Assembly: GCA_046735335.1 (NCBI GenBank)
Contig: JBKPTE010000060.1
Coordinates: forward strand, 1,125-65,124
Source of the DNA: Acidobacteriota bacterium
Lineage (GTDB): Bacteria > Acidobacteriota > Vicinamibacteria > Vicinamibacterales > 2-12-FULL-66-21
Reading direction: 5' to 3'
Length of the DNA stretch: 64,000 bases
In this document: positions 61,517-64,000 of the stretch, piece after piece
Layout: each line of letters opens with the position of its first letter
How positions within the stretch are numbered: the first letter of the stretch is position 1
The notes under the pieces: generated by a model
Told to the model about the DNA's origin: nothing
The model's input: only the letters and a program-made list of their open reading frames with translations
The model's database searches: none
Program-made: the position numbers and the translations under genes

Positions 61517-63813
61517 TCGGCCGCGGCATCATCATGATCGCCGCAGTGTTGAGCCCCTTGCTCTGGGCGCGCGCGCAGACACCTCCGAACATCCAGCGCA
61601 CGTACTCCACGTTGTGCGGCGGCTGCCATGGGGACGATGCGCGTGGCACGCAGCAGGGACCGCCGCTCTCGGGAAATGCATCGGTTCGCGCGCGCTCCGT
61701 TCAAAGCCTGCGGAACGTCATCCGAAACGGAATTCCCGCGGCTGGGATGCCTGCCTTCGATCTGCCCGCCGACACGCTCGATGCGCTGGCCTCGATGGTG
61801 GCTTCGCTGAACGACGTGGCCGCAAAGCGCAGCGTGCCCGGCGACGTTGCGGCCGGCAGGCAGTTCTTCTTCGGCAAGGGGAGCTGTGCGGCCTGTCACC
61901 TGGTGAAGGGGGAAGGTTCACCAGTCGGCCCAGACCTTTCCGACATCGCGCTCGACCTGACCGTCGATCAAATGCGCGAGGCGCTGCAGAATCCGGACGC
62001 GCGGATCGCGCCGGGGTACGGACTCGTGTCCGCCCGACTGCGCAACGGGAACACGCTGCGCGGCTTCGCGCGCAGCCGTAGCACCTTCAACGTGGTGATC
62101 CAGGACTTGACCGGCGCGTTCCACTCGCTGTCGCTCGATGACGTTGCGAATCTCACCGACGAGAAGCATTCCCAGATGGAACGCGTGCAGGCGAGCGACG
62201 AAGAGCTGCGCGATGTGGTCGCGTTTCTGAGCCGGTTGACCGGCGTCAGGGCCGGAGCAGCGACGTCGACGCAAGGTTCGACGGGCGGTATCGACTTCGC
62301 CAGGATCCTCAATCCGAAACCGGGCGAATGGGCGACGTACAACGGCAGCGTCAGCGGAAACCGTTACAGTCCGCTCACGCAGATCGACAAGGCCAACGTC
62401 AGCGGGCTCGGCGTCAAGTGGACCTTCTCCATCCCGCTCTGGTCGCAATTTTTCCCGGACACCCCGTACTACCGCGAGAACATGCGGTACTACGGCCTCG
62501 AGACGGTTCCGATCGTCGTCGACGCCATCATGTACGTGACAGGGCCGAACCAGGTGTTCGCGCTCGATCCGCGGACCGGACAGGAGATCTGGCATTACGC
62601 GCGTCCGCGGACGCCCGATCTCGTTTCCGATCCGTCACTCGGGACGAACCGCGGCGTGGCGGTTCTCGGCGAGCACGTGTTCTTTGTCACCGACAACGCG
62701 CACCTCGTCGCGTTGCATCGCGTCACCGGCCGGCCCGTGTGGGAAGCTGACATGGTCGATGAGCCACAGCGCTACGGAGGCACGATCGCTCCGCTCGTCG
62801 TCAAGGACATGGTGATCGCCGGCGTCTCGGGCGGCGACTGGGGCATTCGCGGATTCGTTTCCGCGTACAAGGCCGGCACGGGCGAACGCGTGTGGCGCCA
62901 CTGGACGGTTCCGGCGGAAGGCGATCCAGGTTTCGAGACCTGGAAGGGCTCCGCCGTCGCCACTGGCGGGGGGTCGAGCTGGCTGACGGGTTCCTACGAT
63001 CCCGAGACCGACACGCTCTACTGGGCCACCGGCAATCCGTGGCCGAACTCGGACGATCGCGAGCGGGGCGGCGACAACCTGTTCACCGACTGCGTCCTTG
63101 CGCTCGATCCCGCGACGGGCGCACTGAAGTGGTACTACCAGTTCACGCCGCACGATGTGCACGATTGGGATGCGACGGAGCCGAATGTGCTCGTCGATAC
63201 CGCATATCGCGGGCAGGATCGGAAGCTTCTCCTGCATGCGGACCGGAACGGCTTCTTCTACGTCCTCGATCGGACGGACGGCACGCTGCTCCTCGCGGAG
63301 AAGTTCGTTCGACGATTGACATGGGCGAGCGGGATTGGGACCGACGGCCGCCCGATGCGCATTCCCGAACCCGACGTCAGTTGTCCGGACCACGCGACCA
63401 ACTGGCACGGCACGGCCTTCAGTCCGGTCACGCGCCTCTACTACGTGCAAGCCACCGAGAAGTGCAACGTCAAACTGTCGCCCGGTAGTTGGAAGACCGA
63501 GCGCCATGTGGACCCTCCGATGAGATATCTCCGCGCGCTCGATATCGAGACCGGAAAGATGGCGTGGGAGATCCCGCAGGCGGGACCGGTAGACGGAAAG
63601 CGGGATGCGGGCGTGCTGGGAACCGCCGCCGGCATCCTCTTTTATGGTGACGCGAGCGGCTACTTCGCAGCGGTGGACGAGCGAGACGGAAAACCGTTAT
63701 GGCGTTTTCCCTTGAACGCCACGATCAAGACCTCGCCCATGACGTTTACCGTCGGCGGCCAGCAGTTCATCGCGCTTGCCGTCGGGTCCAACGTCATGTG
63801 CTTCGGACTGTAG
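61513..63813 (+). CDS. PQQ-dependent dehydrogenase with N-terminal dihaem cytochrome c extension
   Basis: Signal peptide. CGGCH with downstream GMPAF (class I cytochrome c). Second haem domain [22 protein letters not shown] (Planctomycete-type haem-binding domain). Then an eight-blade quinoprotein region ([55 protein letters not shown]). ATGA overlap with the upstream gene. Confidence 0.85.
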   Translation: MIGRGIIMIAAVLSPLLWARAQTPPNIQRTYSTLCGGCHGDDARGTQQGPPLSGNASVRARSVQSLRNVIRNGIPAAGMPAFDLPADTLDALASMVASLNDVAAKRSVPGDVAAGRQFFFGKGSCAACHLVKGEGSPVGPDLSDIALDLTVDQMREALQNPDARIAPGYGLVSARLRNGNTLRGFARSRSTFNVVIQDLTGAFHSLSLDDVANLTDEKHSQMERVQASDEELRDVVAFLSRLTGVRAGAATSTQGSTGGIDFARILNPKPGEWATYNGSVSGNRYSPLTQIDKANVSGLGVKWTFSIPLWSQFFPDTPYYRENMRYYGLETVPIVVDAIMYVTGPNQVFALDPRTGQEIWHYARPRTPDLVSDPSLGTNRGVAVLGEHVFFVTDNAHLVALHRVTGRPVWEADMVDEPQRYGGTIAPLVVKDMVIAGVSGGDWGIRGFVSAYKAGTGERVWRHWTVPAEGDPGFETWKGSAVATGGGSSWLTGSYDPETDTLYWATGNPWPNSDDRERGGDNLFTDCVLALDPATGALKWYYQFTPHDVHDWDATEPNVLVDTAYRGQDRKLLLHADRNGFFYVLDRTDGTLLLAEKFVRRLTWASGIGTDGRPMRIPEPDVSCPDHATNWHGTAFSPVTRLYYVQATEKCNVKLSPGSWKTERHVDPPMRYLRALDIETGKMAWEIPQAGPVDGKRDAGVLGTAAGILFYGDASGYFAAVDERDGKPLWRFPLNATIKTSPMTFTVGGQQFIALAVGSNVMCFGL

Positions 63814-63898
63814 CAAGGCCAACTCGTGTCGCCGCGCGCTCGGCGCACGTGCGCTTCGACTCGATCGCGGAGCGCGCGGCGTTCAGACGTTGGGGACC

Positions 63899-64000
63899 TC
63901 AATTCAATGGTCGGAATGCCGACCGCAAGTCGTATTTCGCGACCTGCCGCCCGAGCACGACTCCCGCCACGCCAGAGAAGCGATAGTGAAAGCCGGCCCA
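63899..64000 (-). CDS. 3' end of a gene extending beyond the window; PAP2 / vanadium-haloperoxidase-like C-terminus
   Basis: The reverse strand reads WAGFHYRFSGVAGVVLGRQVAKYDLRSAFRPLN*. GxHYxxD/S..aG..LG..VA is reminiscent of the PAP2-superfamily C-terminal motif. Only 33 codons are visible. Confidence 0.35.
   Translation of the reverse strand, partial: WAGFHYRFSGVAGVVLGRQVAKYDLRSAFRPLN

Noticed and set aside
1-64000. Search for CRISPR arrays, rRNA/tRNA genes, IS elements and prophage remnants
   Set aside because: No spaced direct-repeat arrays were seen. No intergenic region longer than about 425 bp is left unexplained. No cloverleaf-like tRNA sequences appear in the spacers. No transposase, integrase or phage structural ORFs appear in any frame.

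Overview
GC-rich bacterial chromosomal window, densely coded, with about 53 protein genes and one partial gene at each edge. I saw no rRNA, tRNA, CRISPR array, transposase or integrase. Several features suggest an Acidobacteriota-like soil organism, though this is inference only: a PEP-CTERM protein, a TIGR03118-family protein, a TonB-dependent receptor with an N-terminal carboxypeptidase-regulatory-like domain, and many Tat-exported oxidoreductases. Most of the long ORFs in the track are antisense shadow ORFs (Arg/Pro/Gly-rich) and I discarded them. Main content, 5' to 3': (1) an MtrA/PioA-like decahaem cytochrome plus MtrB/PioB-like outer-membrane barrel, convergent with a membrane-anchored multihaem cytochrome; (2) a DUF2182/DUF1326 pair; (3) an epimerase / DapA-like / amidohydrolase / TonB receptor / Gfo-Idh-MocA catabolic locus; (4) a lipid-oxidation neighbourhood with a cNMP-gated patatin lipase, a class-3 aldehyde dehydrogenase, an FAD oxidase, a plant-type fatty-acid alpha-dioxygenase homologue and a caleosin/peroxygenase homologue; (5) metX-metY; (6) recQ; (7) an Nramp-fold transporter with altered metal-site residues in a four-gene operon with two PRC-barrel proteins; (8) a cNMP-sensing histidine kinase followed by a cysteine-less REC/Grx-like/TrxR-like fusion and an AhpD-like protein; (9) a P450 and a QueC-like PP-loop protein; (10) a hybrid histidine kinase divergent from a giant coiled-coil pseudo-kinase; (11) a translationally coupled exported trio of TIM-barrel isomerase, Tat-signal enolase-superfamily enzyme and dihaem-PQQ dehydrogenase. 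My best candidate for an undescribed system is the alpha-dioxygenase + caleosin operon with its flanking lipase, aldehyde dehydrogenase and oxidase genes. The next candidates are the MtrAB/PioAB-like electron conduit, the divergent Nramp operon and the cysteine-less REC-TrxR-like signalling module. All family assignments come from motif recognition by eye and from remembered family consensus sequences; no database search was run.
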